Shown here piece by piece: positions 1-13,120 of a stretch of 64,000 bases of DNA. A program made the position numbers and the translations under genes. Source of the stretch: Octopus sinensis (taxonomy: Eukaryota); contig NC_043010.1 in assembly GCF_006345805.1 (NCBI RefSeq), positions 31,186,001 to 31,250,000 of the forward strand, in the 5' to 3' direction. Below the pieces are notes generated by a model. The model had not been told where the DNA came from. It saw only the letters and a program-made list of their open reading frames with translations, and ran no database searches. Each line of letters opens with the position of its first letter. Within the stretch, counting starts at the first letter, position 1.

Positions 1-582
1 TGACAAGCAGTATGATGGACATATTTGTTTCAGCAGAGGAACTGCTATCTGCCAATGATGAAATACACAAAGACACTGGGCGGAAGAACTTACAAAGTCA
101 ATGACCAGGGCCACCCTGTTCAGTTAGGCAACTACAGGCATAACCTCTATAGATGGAATGTTCAGCTAATGAAAGATAAGCATGATCTTTTCTCATATTG
201 GATGCTGAAACTGCATTGCTTGTCATCACACAGTTCAACAAGGGGTGCATCCTGTATAGGCTGTATTGGAATGAGGAGGGCTGCTCCAGATGGCATTCAT
301 TCTAGCTATGCCACTATACCTCTGCAAGAGAGAGGTAAAGCTTGGGATGCTGGTTTGCTGAAGCACATGCACAATTGATACAATTCAACTAAAGCTAACA
401 TCAATTCATAGAAAGTAACTCTTCTTTTCCTCAGAGAAAACTATAATTTTCCACTATATTTTGTTCCGGGTTCATAAATATCTTCAGAATAAAAGTGACA
501 TGCACTTCTGAAACATTGCAACCAGTTATATATATGCCATAATCAGTAATGTACAGCGTGACAATATAAAAAAATGTAAATG

Positions 583-795
583 AAGGTGGCAAGCTGGCAG
601 AATCATTAGCACGTCAGGCAAAATGCTTTGCGACATTTTGTTTGTCTTTACATTCTGAGTTCAAATGCTGCCAAAGTCAACTTTATCTTTCATCCTTTTG
701 GGGGTCAATAAAATAAGTACCAGTTGAGTACTGAGGTCAATGTAATTGATTTATCCCCTCCCCAATGTGCTGGCCTGTGCCAAAATTTGAAATCA
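583..795 (+). mobile_element. tRNA-derived SINE, family 2 (representative copy)
   Basis: aaggtggcaagctggcagaatcattagc...gagttcaaat (B-box-like)...ctttcatccttttggggtcaataaa; dozens of copies in the window. Confidence 0.85.
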
Positions 796-962
796 GTATT
801 AAAATGTAAATGTTTTTGGTTTCAGTCCCCTTGCATAGCACCTTGGGAAAGAGTCTTCTACTATGATCCTGAGCCAACAAAGCCTTGTCAGTGGAATTGA
901 TAGGGGAAAACTGAAAGAAGTCCATTATATGTGTGTGTGTTTATATGTATATATATTTATGA

Positions 963-1370
963 TAGGTGCAGGTGTAGCTATGAGGTAAGAAGTTAGCTTC
1001 CCAACCACACGGCTCTAGTTTCAGTTTCACTGCATGGCACCCTGGGCAAGTGTCTTTTATAGCCCCTGGTTGACCAAAGCCTTGTGAGTGGATTTGGCAG
1101 ACAGAAGCTGAAAGAAGCCTGTTGTATGTATATATACATATAATATATATATATGTGTGTGTGTGTGCGTGTTTGTCCCCTATCACTGCTTGACAACTGG
1201 TGTTGGTGTGTTTATATCCTTGTAATTTAGTGGCTCAACAAAAGAGACCAATAGTATAAGTACTAGGCATCAAAAAGATAAGCCCTGGGGTCAACTTGTT
1301 CGATTAAAACCCTTCAAGGTGGTGCTCTAGCATGACCACTGTCAAAATGACTGAAACAAGTAAAAAGAAT
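963..1370 (+). mobile_element. tRNA-derived SINE, family 1 (representative copy)
   Basis: ggtgcagg..gctgtgtggtaag...ggcaccttgggcaagtgtctt...aactgaaagaagcc-(TA/TG)n-...gactgaaacaagtaaaaga; the most abundant repeat here. Confidence 0.88.
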
Positions 1371-1902
1371 ATATATACATAAATTTATATATATATATTG
1401 ATGTAGATATGTGTGCATGTATATGTATACATATATGTGTGTGCACAGTTTGTGTCATCTTGTCTTAACATTACATGATAGTTGTGTAACTGTCATACAA
1501 GCAAGGTCATTCACTTCCAATATTCTGCAAGGACATGCCTGGCCATGCAGAAATATTACCTCCCTTGGAAACAGTTGAGGTTTGGTGACAGGAAAAGCAT
1601 CCGGCTGTAGAAAGTCTACCTCCATAAACTCCGTCTGACTTGTGCAAGCATGGAGAAGACAGTAACGATGACGACATACCTTTGTTTAATTTTTCTGTCG
1701 ATTGGGTGGATAGCAAAGTTGGGTTTGTTTTCATTTTTATTGTCATCTGTTTTTGCCTTCTGTTTTTGCATTGGTCAATATATGCATACTTATACACACC
1801 CATACTTATACTTTTACTTGTGAATTCATACACATATATACATTCACACTTGCACACATGCCCAGGCATGTATGTATACATCTATATATACGTGTTAATC
1901 TA

Positions 1903-1957
<55 letters not shown>

Positions 1958-2454
1958 GGCACACTTCAACACATACACATATATATACATATATAGACAT
2001 ACATACTTATATACATACATAGACGCACACATACATTACATGTTAGTCATATTATATTGTATTACATTACACTTCACTGCACTATATGCTTTGAGTATAT
2101 AGTTTTAACAATAATAAGATTAATATATCATTATTATCATTGTATTCTTGTTATTTATGTTTGTGGTGGTGGGATGTTATTGTTACTGATTCATTCTTTT
2201 GAGGAAATGGGTGGGTTCTGTTTCTAGCACATGCACTGTCTTGGTAACCTGTCTAAACATCAAACTGTGTGGGTGTGCAGAGAAGACTTTTTTTTATTTC
2301 TACAATGTTTATCAATCCATTGTGATTATCTACTGGTGTATTTAACAGAACATAGATGTTCATCTTTTTTAATTATAGACAAATACAGTTAGATGGAATA
2401 ACATACAACATGAATTCTTGATTAATCAAAATTAGGAAATTGATTTTCTCAAAT

Positions 2455-3880
2455 GCCCCAGAGGTTTATTAGATGTAGTGGAAAATTTCTGCTACCTAGG
2501 GGACCAAATTAGTAGTTGGGGAAGATGTACAAAGAGTATAATAGCTAGAATACAAGGTTTGATCAATAAGTATCCGGACTAAAGCATGCAGAATGAAGCT
2601 GCTTGGCAAAGATTGACCATGAACTCTGCTGTGCATGCACACTAAGTTTTAGCATTCTAGCTCTCTTCTACTGTTTATAGCAGTGCTTTGAAGGAAGGTG
2701 TGTAGCGTGTGATCGTTGCTTTCACCATGACGGAGAAAGTCATCATGGCAATTCCTGCTCAGAATCCTGCAGAAAGTGTATGGAGAGGAGTGTATGAGTG
2801 GTTCAGGCGTTTCCAAGATGGCCAAAAAAATGTTAATATTGACGACGTTCTGGGAGACCTACACCCAGTAGAACTGAGAAAAACATCACAGATGTGCATG
2901 CATCTATGAGGGGAAATTGTTGAATTACCATCCATGAGTTATCAGAGGATGTGCAGATTAGTTACCGTTCAGTTCAGTCCATTATCACTGAAGATTTGGG
3001 TATGAGATGCCTGTCTACCAAGTTTGTGCCAAAACTGCCTTCAGCTGACCAAAAAGACACTCGGGTTTCAGTTGCATAAAATCTCCTTGGTTGTGTCAAG
3101 AAAGATGAAAACTTTGCGTATGCCTCTGAGCAGGTATCACCAAGCTTTTGGCAAAATTTGATGTTGATTCTCTGCTCAACTTTCTCTGTTATTGTCAATG
3201 CAACAATCACATGCTACACACCTTCCTTCTAAGCATTGCTGTAAATAGTGGATGTGAGATAAAATATTAAAACTTAGTGCACATGCACAGCAGAGTTCAA
3301 GGTCAATCTGTGCCAAGCAGCTTCACTCTGCATGCATCAGCTTCGTTACTATGGCAGCAGTCTGGATACTTATTGATCATACTATGTAAGAATAGGATGG
3401 AGAAAATTCAGAGAGCTTTTATCTGTGTTGGCAACCAAAGGTTTCTCTCTCTGAGTAAAAGGAAGATTGTATGATGCATGTACATGAACAGTAATTCTAC
3501 ATGGTAGTGAGGTGTGGGCCCTGAATGCAGAGGACATGTTAAGGCTAGAGAGGAGTGAGGCTACTTTGCTCTGCTGGATGTGCAATATAAGCATACATGT
3601 TCAACAGAGTACCAGTATATTGAGAAAGAAGTTAGGCATAAGAGGAACAAGATGCAGTGTACAAGAGAGAAGACTGCACTGGATTGGTCATGTGATTCAG
3701 ATGGATAAAGAAAGCTCTATAAAGAGGTGGCAATCTCTCAAAGTGGATGGAATGCATGGAAGGGGTAGACCCAGGGATGAGGTACTGAAGGATGACCTCA
3801 AGATGTTGAACTTTCAGACAAGATGACAAAGGACTGAAATACCTGGTACCTTGCTGTACTCAAGAAGACCCATCCTCCAT
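2455..3880 (+). mobile_element. 5'-truncated RTE-clade LINE fragment, interrupted by a mariner derivative
   Basis: Degenerate translation VVENFCYLGDQIS...ARIRIGWRKFREL...ERRLHWIGHV...GRGRPR, typical of the RTE ORF C-terminus. Confidence 0.85.
2553..3386. mobile_element. non-autonomous mariner derivative with duplicated inverted 5' end
   Basis: TA at 2551-2552 and 3387-3388. About 190-bp inverted arms (tgatcaataagtatccggact / agtctggatacttattgatca). Carries mariner N-terminal peptides EQRINIKFCQKLG and VYEWFRRFQDG. Confidence 0.85.
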
Positions 3881-4684
3881 AGCAGAAATCTTAAGGCCAC
3901 TCCCCCAGGTGAAGAAGATTGGCCTACAAGGGTCCTGTGCCAGTGCCATATAAAAAGCATGTATGTCAATGCCACGTAAAAAGCATTCAGCTTACACTAT
4001 AAAGTGGTTGGCATTAGGAAGGGTATCTAGCCATAGAAACCAAGCCAAATCAGACTGAAACCTAATGCAGCTTATCTGCTTGCCAGCTCTGGTGAAGCCA
4101 TCCAACCCATGCCAGCATGGAAAATGGAAATTAAAGGATGATGATGATATCCTTGTTGTAAAGGATGTATCATAATTAGCAAATGGCAATTAAGAACAGC
4201 TCCACTTGAGAACAAGGGATAATCTCAAGATCAGAGTGTTCTCCAAAGTTGACATGCCATTAAGGAAAAGGACAGGCATATTATTGCCTGGAGATAAGAA
4301 GACAGTTATATATGTGTGTTTCTATCTAAATAGTCATCATGAGCATAACTGTCCAATCTTATTTCCAATAGCCAAAAGACTTATATGAAAATGAATAGAA
4401 CACAGTTATGGCCTAGGTAATTTGCATAATTTAAACAAATTCAGCTAAGACTATCAAATACCATACAACATGAATTCTTGATTTATTAAAATCATTTCCA
4501 TGCTAGAAGATGTATCATAATTACTAAATAATTTCAAGATTCAAGCATTCTCCAAAGTTCACAGGTTTATTGTCTGGACAATTAAGGATGTGTATTTCCA
4601 TCTCAATTGTTTTGTTATCATCAGCACAACAATTGTCCAACCTTATTTCTAATAGCCAAAAAACTTATACAAAAACGAACAAAC

Positions 4685-5340
4685 CCTGAATGTAAAGGAT
4701 GTGCAAAGGTTAGAGAGGAATGACACTTGTATGCTCCACAGGATGTGTAATGTAAGTGTATGTTCGATAGAGTGCTAGTGTGTTGAGAGAGCAGTTAGGT
4801 ATAAGAGGAATAAAATGCAGTGTGCAAGAGAGAAGACTGTGCTAGTTTGGTCATGTGATGCAGATGGATGCCAACAGCTCCATAAAGACATGTTGGTCCC
4901 TCAAAGTAGATGGAAGTGGGGAAACCTAGGAAGACATGGGATGAAGTACTCAAGGACAACCTCAGGACACTGAACCTTTCAAATGAGATGACAAAGGACC
5001 GAGATATCTAGCATTTTGCTGTACTCAAGAAGACCCGTACTCCACAGCAGAAATGTAAAGGCCAATTCCCCTGGTGAAGAGGATTGGCCTGCATGAATCC
5101 TGTGTCAGTGCCTCGTAAAAAGCACTTGTGCCAGTGTCATGTAAAAGTGCTTGTGTAGTGCCATGAAAAAACACCCAGCATACTTTGTAAAGTGGTTGGT
5201 ATTAGGAAGGGCATCCATTCATAGAAACCATGCCAAATCAGACTGGATCCTGGTGCAGGTCTCCTGCTTACCAGCTCTGGTCAAACTGTCCAACCCATGC
5301 CAGCATGGACAAAGGATGTTAAATGATAATAATGATGATG
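4685..5340 (+). mobile_element. RTE LINE 3' fragment with (GAT)n tail
   Basis: Similar to 3530-4150 (caagagagaagactg...ggtcatgtg; catgccagcatgga...gatgatg). Confidence 0.75.
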
Positions 5341-6091
5341 AATATATATATATATTGTCAAGTAGTATATACCTGGTTATACTACTCATCAGGCATCTTT
5401 AATGTTTTAGCCAGCTTGGTGTGAAAAATATATAAAATAAAAAAAACATTTTCTGAGAAGGTAAGAAGAATTTCCCCCATCCCACCCCAATCTCTGTACA
5501 ATTCCAGCTGTGACCAAAGGGGGTAAACTTTGCCCTCATGCAATTTTCTGTTCACCAGTCCACAAATAGGAAGACCACATTTCTAAAACAAATTTTCTGT
5601 CATGAGGACAGCAGATAGAAATTTCACTTTTGAGTTCAAAAAAGCACTTGTATAGTGCAAATTTTTTAGGCTTATTGTCATCTTAGCTGAACAAAGTTTT
5701 CACCCTCTGCTCCTGTTGAGGTATGTCCTGGTTGTTCCAGCAGCTTCTAGTTAACTTTATATGTTATTCCTTTCTCTTTTAATTGCCATGTACAGCTGGC
5801 TAATGTAATGCTGTGCTTCTCTTGTATCCTAAAAAGAACCTGTAGTTATTTACTCTGGCCTTAAAGGGGCACCTTTGTTGTTGCAACATGTTAGTATATG
5901 CTGTTATTGTTACTGTTGTTGCTCCTCCGCCTCTGCTTTATAGGTAACAACCTCAGTATTGCTTCACCATTCACTTGGCACTTAGTTCTAACTCTACATG
6001 AACATCCTGTGTTTGTGCAATACTTTGGGGCTTTCATAAATATCTCTTTGACACTAGGTACACAACTGAATGTGACCCTTAGATTATGTCT

Positions 6092-6122
<31 letters not shown>

Positions 6123-7399
6123 CTCCATCCATTTATTGTCCTTTCTCTCTCAGACAAAAAAAAAAGAGTCTGACAAATTAGATTCGTAACAGCAAATGAA
6201 TTTATCAACCTCTTTGATAAGCTATTAACTCTTCTAGTAATTAATAAAGTTCAGTTTCTTTTATTTTTTCCTTTTTCTTGGTGCATAAATAGTAAACTCC
6301 ATGACTGAATAGTAGACTGTATTTTCTCTGAGTCTATTCATCCATAACTAATACATTAACATAATACAATTAATCTTGTTGCTTTGATGGTGACGAAAAC
6401 TCAACCAATCCCTCTTTAACACTCAGTTTAGGAATATCAATACATCCAGAGAGATTTAGAAATGTCCAAACTAACCAGACAAGTCAATAAAAAGAAACAG
6501 TGATTTGATTGATATAAAATAGGTTAAAAGGTTTTCAAGGTTGTGTGTTTAGCCATGCATACATGAAGAGTTGTGTCGCAAACACACACACACACCTATG
6601 TACACACATGCAGAACAAGAACAAGAGACCAAATCATTTCAAGAAGAGCTGCCCAGCATACTTGCCAAAATTATTAGAATAATATTAGTAATTAATCTAA
6701 TAATATTAGTAATTAATCTTTTTCTCGTGGTGTAATAATTTTTAATCAGCATAAATATATCAAGCCTACCTTAACTATTGGCACCTCTGAGTAATTTCCT
6801 TCAGTGGATTATTAAATGCATGGAGGATTAAAATGATAAAGCAGAATAAAAGATACAATGATAATAATGATGATTATGGTGGTAACAGCAGTGGTGGTGG
6901 CATTGCAGGTGGTGGTGGTGATGATGAAGATGATGTGCAGGCTTGACTGTGTGGTTAAGATGTTTGTTTCCAAACTATATGGTTTCAGTTTCAATCCACT
7001 GGTTGCCATCCTGGGCAGGTGTCTTCTACTATAACCCCAGGCCAACTAAAGCCTTATGAGTGGAATGGGCGAATGGGAACTGAAAGAAGCCTGTTGTATA
7101 TATGTCTGTGTGTGTGTGTGTTTGTGTACCGTTATCTAGACATAACATGATGGTTGTGATGGAGCATCACTGTCATACAAGTGAGGCTGCATGCTTCCAG
7201 TCTTCTATGGAAAACATGTCTGTCCATGAGAAAATTTTTCTTTACTTGAGAAGAGGTGAGGGCTGACAAGAAGGGCATGCAGCCATAGAAAGTCTGCTTC
7301 AGTAAACATCATCCAACCCATGCAAGAATGGAAAAGTGGATTAGGATGATGCTGATGATGATGATTAGTCAATCACTGGTAATATTTATTTCATTTTTC

Positions 7400-7815
7400 G
7401 GATCTTTTCGGTTTGAATGGCAGTTTTTTAAAATAATTTCCACGTAACTAAACACTTTTAAACTTCGTATACTGGTAGAATGTGTTTATAAAACATCTTT
7501 CTCTCTTGGCTTTATTGAGAAAATTCTATAGTTTGTAAGATATTTGTTGTTTATTTTCTTGCATTTCGGCAATTTCAACCAATCAATGACATCTATTGAG
7601 GTGAAAACATTCTGTGCCGTATGAATATGTCCCTCGTTTAAGAAACAGATTGGGTTTATTTACATTTCTGAAGAAAAAAAAGATACCCTTCCCCCCACCC
7701 CTAATCCTAACCCTAAAACATTGAAATGCAATAGATCGATACTAGGGTCATAATTATGGGTGACAATTTCATATGACACCGCTAGAAAAAACTGCTGTTC
7801 AAACCGAAAAGATCC
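7400..7815. mobile_element. MITE with GG-terminal 30-bp TIRs and 8-bp TSD (Merlin-like), copy 1
   Basis: TIR GGATCTTTTCGGTTTGAA(C/T)(G/A)GCAGTTTTTT. TSD CATTTTTC at 7392-7399 and 7816-7823. Confidence 0.9.
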
Positions 7816-8989
7816 CATTTTTCCAGTACCTTCAAGAGACAATTCCAAATATGTTTCTGACTCCTCTGATGATATCAGCAGATTTGTACTTTGTTGAAAT
7901 AAAAGCAATAAAATTGCTAAGTAAATATACAGAAAAGTATATTGTTGTCTTAAAGATGAATAGAATTGTTTGTAAATTATTGTGTACTTCAATTTAGCAT
8001 ACTCTGCCTTATTACTTTCACCTTAATTATTCAATTCAATTTTTAAAAATCTATTATCTTATAAGTTTGAAAGTTTGCTTCCCAACCTCATGGTTTCAGG
8101 TTCAGTCCCACTGCGTGGCACCTTGGGTAAGTGTCTTCTCCTATAGCCTTAGGCTGACCAAAGCTTTGTAAGTGGATTTGGTAAATGGAAACTGAAAGAA
8201 GCCTGTTGTATATATGTGTGTGTCTTTGTGTCTGTGTTTGTTCTGCACTACCACTTAACAACTGGTATTGATGTGTTGGCAAAGAGGCTGATAAAATAAG
8301 TACTGGGATCAACTCATTTGACAAAAAAATTCAAGGTGGTGCCCCAGCATGGCTGCAATCTAATGACTGAAACAGGTAAAAGCGATAATAGAGATAAAAA
8401 GAGAGTGTATCTTTTTTAATGGATACTAACGTCAATGTCATACTGAGATTTAATTACAACTCTTCACATTCTGATTTCCTAATCCTGCAAAAGGTCAGCT
8501 TTTCCTTTCGTCGTCGTCGCCACCGCCGCCACCATCGCTGCCGTCACCACCATCACCACCACCACCAACAACAACAACCCCTGAACATAAATGTTTTGAG
8601 TTCTAGGACTCATAGGGACGGTTACCTGGTTTCTATGGTGTATAAATAACCAAGGTCACAACACTCCCACTGAACTGCATGTCAGTCCATTGCAGAGTTA
8701 CTTATTTACAAATGAGTGGACGGGAACAAGATGAAATGAAGTGGTTTGACCAAGAACACAATGAACCACCTGGTTCAGGAATTGAAACCACTATCTTGCA
8801 ATCTGAGTGCAACACCCTAACCACTAGGCCATGTGCTTTCACTTTTATCTTTCTAGGGTTGATAAAAATAAGTATCTGTGATACATTGATTTGAACTGAT
8901 TGATTGTTTGTTACACTTTCAGGGAATGTGCTGACATTAGGAATCTGATGATCTATATTATATTTTTCTATGATATGTTTGAGAAGACC

Positions 8990-9432
8990 TGTTGAGTCAA
9001 GCAAAACCAAAATCGTAGCTGTGACCAGTGCCCCCTGACTGGCTCCCATTCCGGTGGCACGTAAAAATGCATCACCCAAATGTGGTTGATGCCAGTGTCT
9101 CCTGACTGGTTCCCATGCTGGTGGGACATAAAATGGATCATCTGAACATGGTTGATGCCAGTGCCCCTGACTGGCTCCCGTACCGGTGGCACGTAAAAAG
9201 CACTATCCGAACATGATCCATGCCAGGCCCACCTGACTGACTCCTGTTCCACTGGCATGTAAAATGCACCCACTACACTCTCGGAGTGGTTGGTATTAAG
9301 AAGGGCATTCAGCTGTAGAAACATTGCCAGATCCGATTGGAGCCTGGTGCAGCTGCTGACTTTCCAGACATCAGTCAAACCATCCAACCCATGCTAGAAT
9401 GGAAAACAGACGTTAAACGACAACAACGATGA
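8990..9432 (+). mobile_element. RTE-related 3'UTR element with internal tandem repeats
   Basis: Repeated gccagtgccccctgactggctcc...ggtggcacgtaaaa units followed by the shared RTE tail (caacccatgc...gttaaacga). Relatives at 13121-13560 (-) and 62190-62575 (+). Confidence 0.65.
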
Positions 9433-10415
9433 GAGATAACTGAACATGCATTTAGCCCCCTTTTGGAAGCTTTCTCAGCAGGCTGTGTAGCATCTCCCTA
9501 TCTTGAAACAGTGTGAGTGAATAACATACTAAATATTCTAAATCATAACCTAGATGACATAGAATAAGATAAATACTGAAAGATAAACTTTGTCTATATA
9601 CATAACAAAATTAAGGCATCAAGAAGTCAGAGCTCTCAGGCAAAATGCTTAGTGGTATTCATCTGTCTTCACATTCTGAGTTCAAATTCCACCAAGGTTG
9701 ACTTTACCTTTCATCATTCAGGGTCAAGCACTGGGGTTGATGCAAATAACTAACCCCCACTCCCAAACTTGCTGGCCTTGTGCCAAAATTTGAAACCAGT
9801 ATATATAACACAAAATATATATGAATATATATAACACAATATATAATACAAATCATATATAAATATATACAATACAATATATAGTACAATATATATATAT
9901 ATATGTAACTCAATATATTAAAATATACAGTATTATAGATCCCTTTCTACTGATCTTACTAATCAGTTTTACATCAGATATTAGATAACCAGATATTAGA
10001 TAACAGGATTAATACTTGGTGAGAAACTGAGAGGCAAGATTGGCTGAAAGAGATCTGTAATACTGTATACGTTGTTTATATACCCATTCTATTCACAAAT
10101 ATACGAGTCCCAATTTTTTCTGACATGGATTCTAAGATGACTATAACAAAATATATACATAAATATAATATTGGTAGTTAGGGTAAATCCAGTTGTTTCC
10201 TCTTGAAGCACATCTACTTATTCCATTATTATAATTTAGTATATAGTCTCAGTTGCTGCTATATGTTAGTTAAAATGCTTAGTAAAATTGAGAATTATGG
10301 AAATATTATTTGCAGAGTTATTGTATAATATAACAGGAAATTAGAAATTTATAAACCAAAAATATAATACCAAAAAATTTCCAATTTTCTGTTTTGTTAT
10401 ACATAAATTTATATA

Positions 10416-11295
10416 CAGGGTGCAATGGGTAAATTGTCGCCATTTTATATTTTTAATTTTGTGCATTGTTTGTTTTTGATTTTGTTGACTATACAAGTAT
10501 AGTAGGGGCAGTTGGGTACCATCTGTGAGAAAAACAACACCATGACACAATTCACTCCTCCAGAAATTTGGGAACAACATGCTGTACTGCTTGCCATTCG
10601 CGTCGGAAGCTCCAATACGGACAGATGGTGAACACACAGAACAACCATTGGCTTTCCATGTCCCCGAAACATGCACCAAGACTGATAAAAATCACACATC
10701 CAATCAATATCATGGTGTTTGGAGTGATCACTTGTGATGGCAACATTATACCTCCATTCATCTTCCCACACAGCGTCATACTCAACGCAGAGGCCTACAT
10801 GAAGTACCTGGAGGAAATAGTGCTGCCCTTGATCAAGAGGGTGGCTGCTGGAAGATCTTATGTCTGGTAACAGGCCTCTGCACCATGGTACACAAGCAGG
10901 AGAACCCAGTGATGGCTATCAGACAATTTCTGTGACCACATCACCCCGAACATCTGGCCACCTAACTCCTCAGACTGCAATCCCCTTGATTATTATGTGT
11001 AGGGTGCAGTTGAGCGAGAAACATCAAAACTTCTTGTAACACCAAAGATGAACTGAAGGCAAGGATTATGGCAGTATTCCCCAACTTAAACAAGACAGTC
11101 CAGAAGAGTTGCAGGAGAATCCAAAGTCAACTGACAGCTGTGGTTGAAGCCAATGGAGATTTTATTGAATAAATTTACTCTTTAGTATTTCAAGATATTT
11201 TTATATAATTTTGGTAAATATATGAGTTAAAATGAGATGTCTGTGTTATTTTCATTTTTGTGTAATTTAGATGGCAATATATTCACTGCACCTTT
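10416..11295 (+). mobile_element. internally deleted maT (DD37D) Tc1/mariner transposon
   Basis: TIR cagggtgcaatgggtaaattgtcgccat with a degenerate right copy and flanking TA. Translation IMVFGVITCDG...YVW*Q(D>A)SAP-x-WPPNSSDCNPLDYYV has 37 residues between the second and third catalytic positions. Several stop codons. Confidence 0.85.
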
Positions 11296-13120
11296 TATAT
11301 AACACAAAACAATTACATTATTCCAAAAGTTCACTTCTGTCTGATGGTCAATACATGAAACTTGGAGTAACAGCCTGTGAAATTTTTCAGCTTTGTTAAA
11401 ACTTTATATTTTACTCTACTTTTGGTAACTGAATTTTGTACTCTCTAACTTTGGTAATCAAGTGCTGTTTTGCACTTATGTGTTCGTCTATATATATATA
11501 TTTATCCATACATCATTGCTCAATAGGCTTCAATCAATAGATATATGTATATATACAAGTGACTATTCAACTTTCTGAGAAAATAGTTCAGTTCAGTAGT
11601 TTTTGCTATAGAAGTTCTTATAATGAGCTCTCACCTGATTGTGTAAATTTGTATGTATTTCTATGTATACATACATATATATATATATATATGAATGTGT
11701 GTGTGTGCATGTATGTTCACCTGTTTGAGTATACATGTGTAACCGTTTCTGTGTGTGTGAGACTCTGTGAGTGAGTGTGAGTATGTGTGTGTGTGAGTGC
11801 GTCTGCCTGTCTGTCTGCACACGTGTGCATGCAGGCGTACGTGCATGTGTGTGTGTGTGTCTGTTTATGTGTATGAGTGAATATGTGTGTAGGGGTGTTT
11901 ATGTATTTATATGTGTGTGAATGTCTGCGTCTGTGTTGATGTAATACTCCTGTTCAGCCATGAGAGAACAGATCTTATTATCAAAGGTAGTCAAGCTGTG
12001 ACCATGCTTAATTTTGTTTCATATGCGTTGTATCTAGGACCGCATTATCCAATGAATCCCTCTTTTATTAAGACAGTAAACATTTGGCTCTGTTTAATAG
12101 CACATCAAACAGTTACAAAGAAGCTTGTGTGCATGTCTTTTGTGTCATATGTGTATGACTGTATGTATTTATATATCTGTGTATGTGTGTGACTATGTGT
12201 GTTTGTATATTTTTGCAGTGTGTGTGTGTCTATATATGTATTTCTGTAGTGAGTGTGAGCATATGTCTAAATGTGTGTATTTCTGTGTCTTTTGTGTGTT
12301 TTATGTGAGAGTGAGTGAAGTTGTGTGTGTGTTTCTTTGTGTAGGTTTTTATTATTTTTAGTTAAATACCTAGATTTTTGTATGTTTTTCTTTATTCATT
12401 ATTTTTAAGATACATTCTTAAATGCTTTCTATGAATATTTTTCTATTTTTTGATGATTTGCTTTTTCCTTTTTATTGCTTTTTTCTTTTAGTGGAATGTC
12501 AGTCTCCTTTCTTACAGAATATTTTTAATGGTTATTTGTGACTGAATATTCTTTACTAGTTACTGTGGCATAAAATATTTTCACCGGTTACTGTGACATA
12601 ATACAGCTACAAATTATTGTAATAATTGTGACAGACTATTTGACTAGTTATTGTGACAAGGCATGGCAGCATGGTAAGAAGTTTGCTTCCCAACTATATG
12701 GTTCTGGGTTCAGCCCCGCTGTGTGGAACTTTGGAAAAGTGTCTTCTACTATAACCCCTGGCCAACTAAAGCCTTGTAAGTGGATTTGTTAGAGAGAAAC
12801 TGAAAGAAGCCCATCGTGTGTGTGTGTTAGTGTTTGTTCCCACCACTGCTTGACAACCAGCGTTAGTGTGTTTATGTCCCTGTAACTTAGCAGTTCAGCA
12901 ATAGAGACCGATAGAATATGTACAATGCTTAAAAAAAAAAGATAAGTACTGGGGCGATCTATTCAACTAAGAATTCTTTGAGGTGATGCTCCTACATGGC
13001 CACAGACTAAAGATAAAAGATATGTTTACTACATATATTTAATAGAGTGACAAAATTTTTTTATCAGTTATTGTAATTCCATATTTTTACTAGTTATTGC
13101 GACAAAATAGTTTTACTAGT

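Noticed and set aside
25-378. 117-aa plus-strand ORF
   Set aside because: No recognisable motif or splice support. The minus strand shows a weak LINE-like WNSLP-type peptide, so it is probably decayed repeat.
1640-2022. ORFs full of YI/HT/CV dipeptides, here and at 28097-28363, 58196-58532 and elsewhere
   Set aside because: Translations of (TA)n, (CA)n and (TG)n microsatellites.
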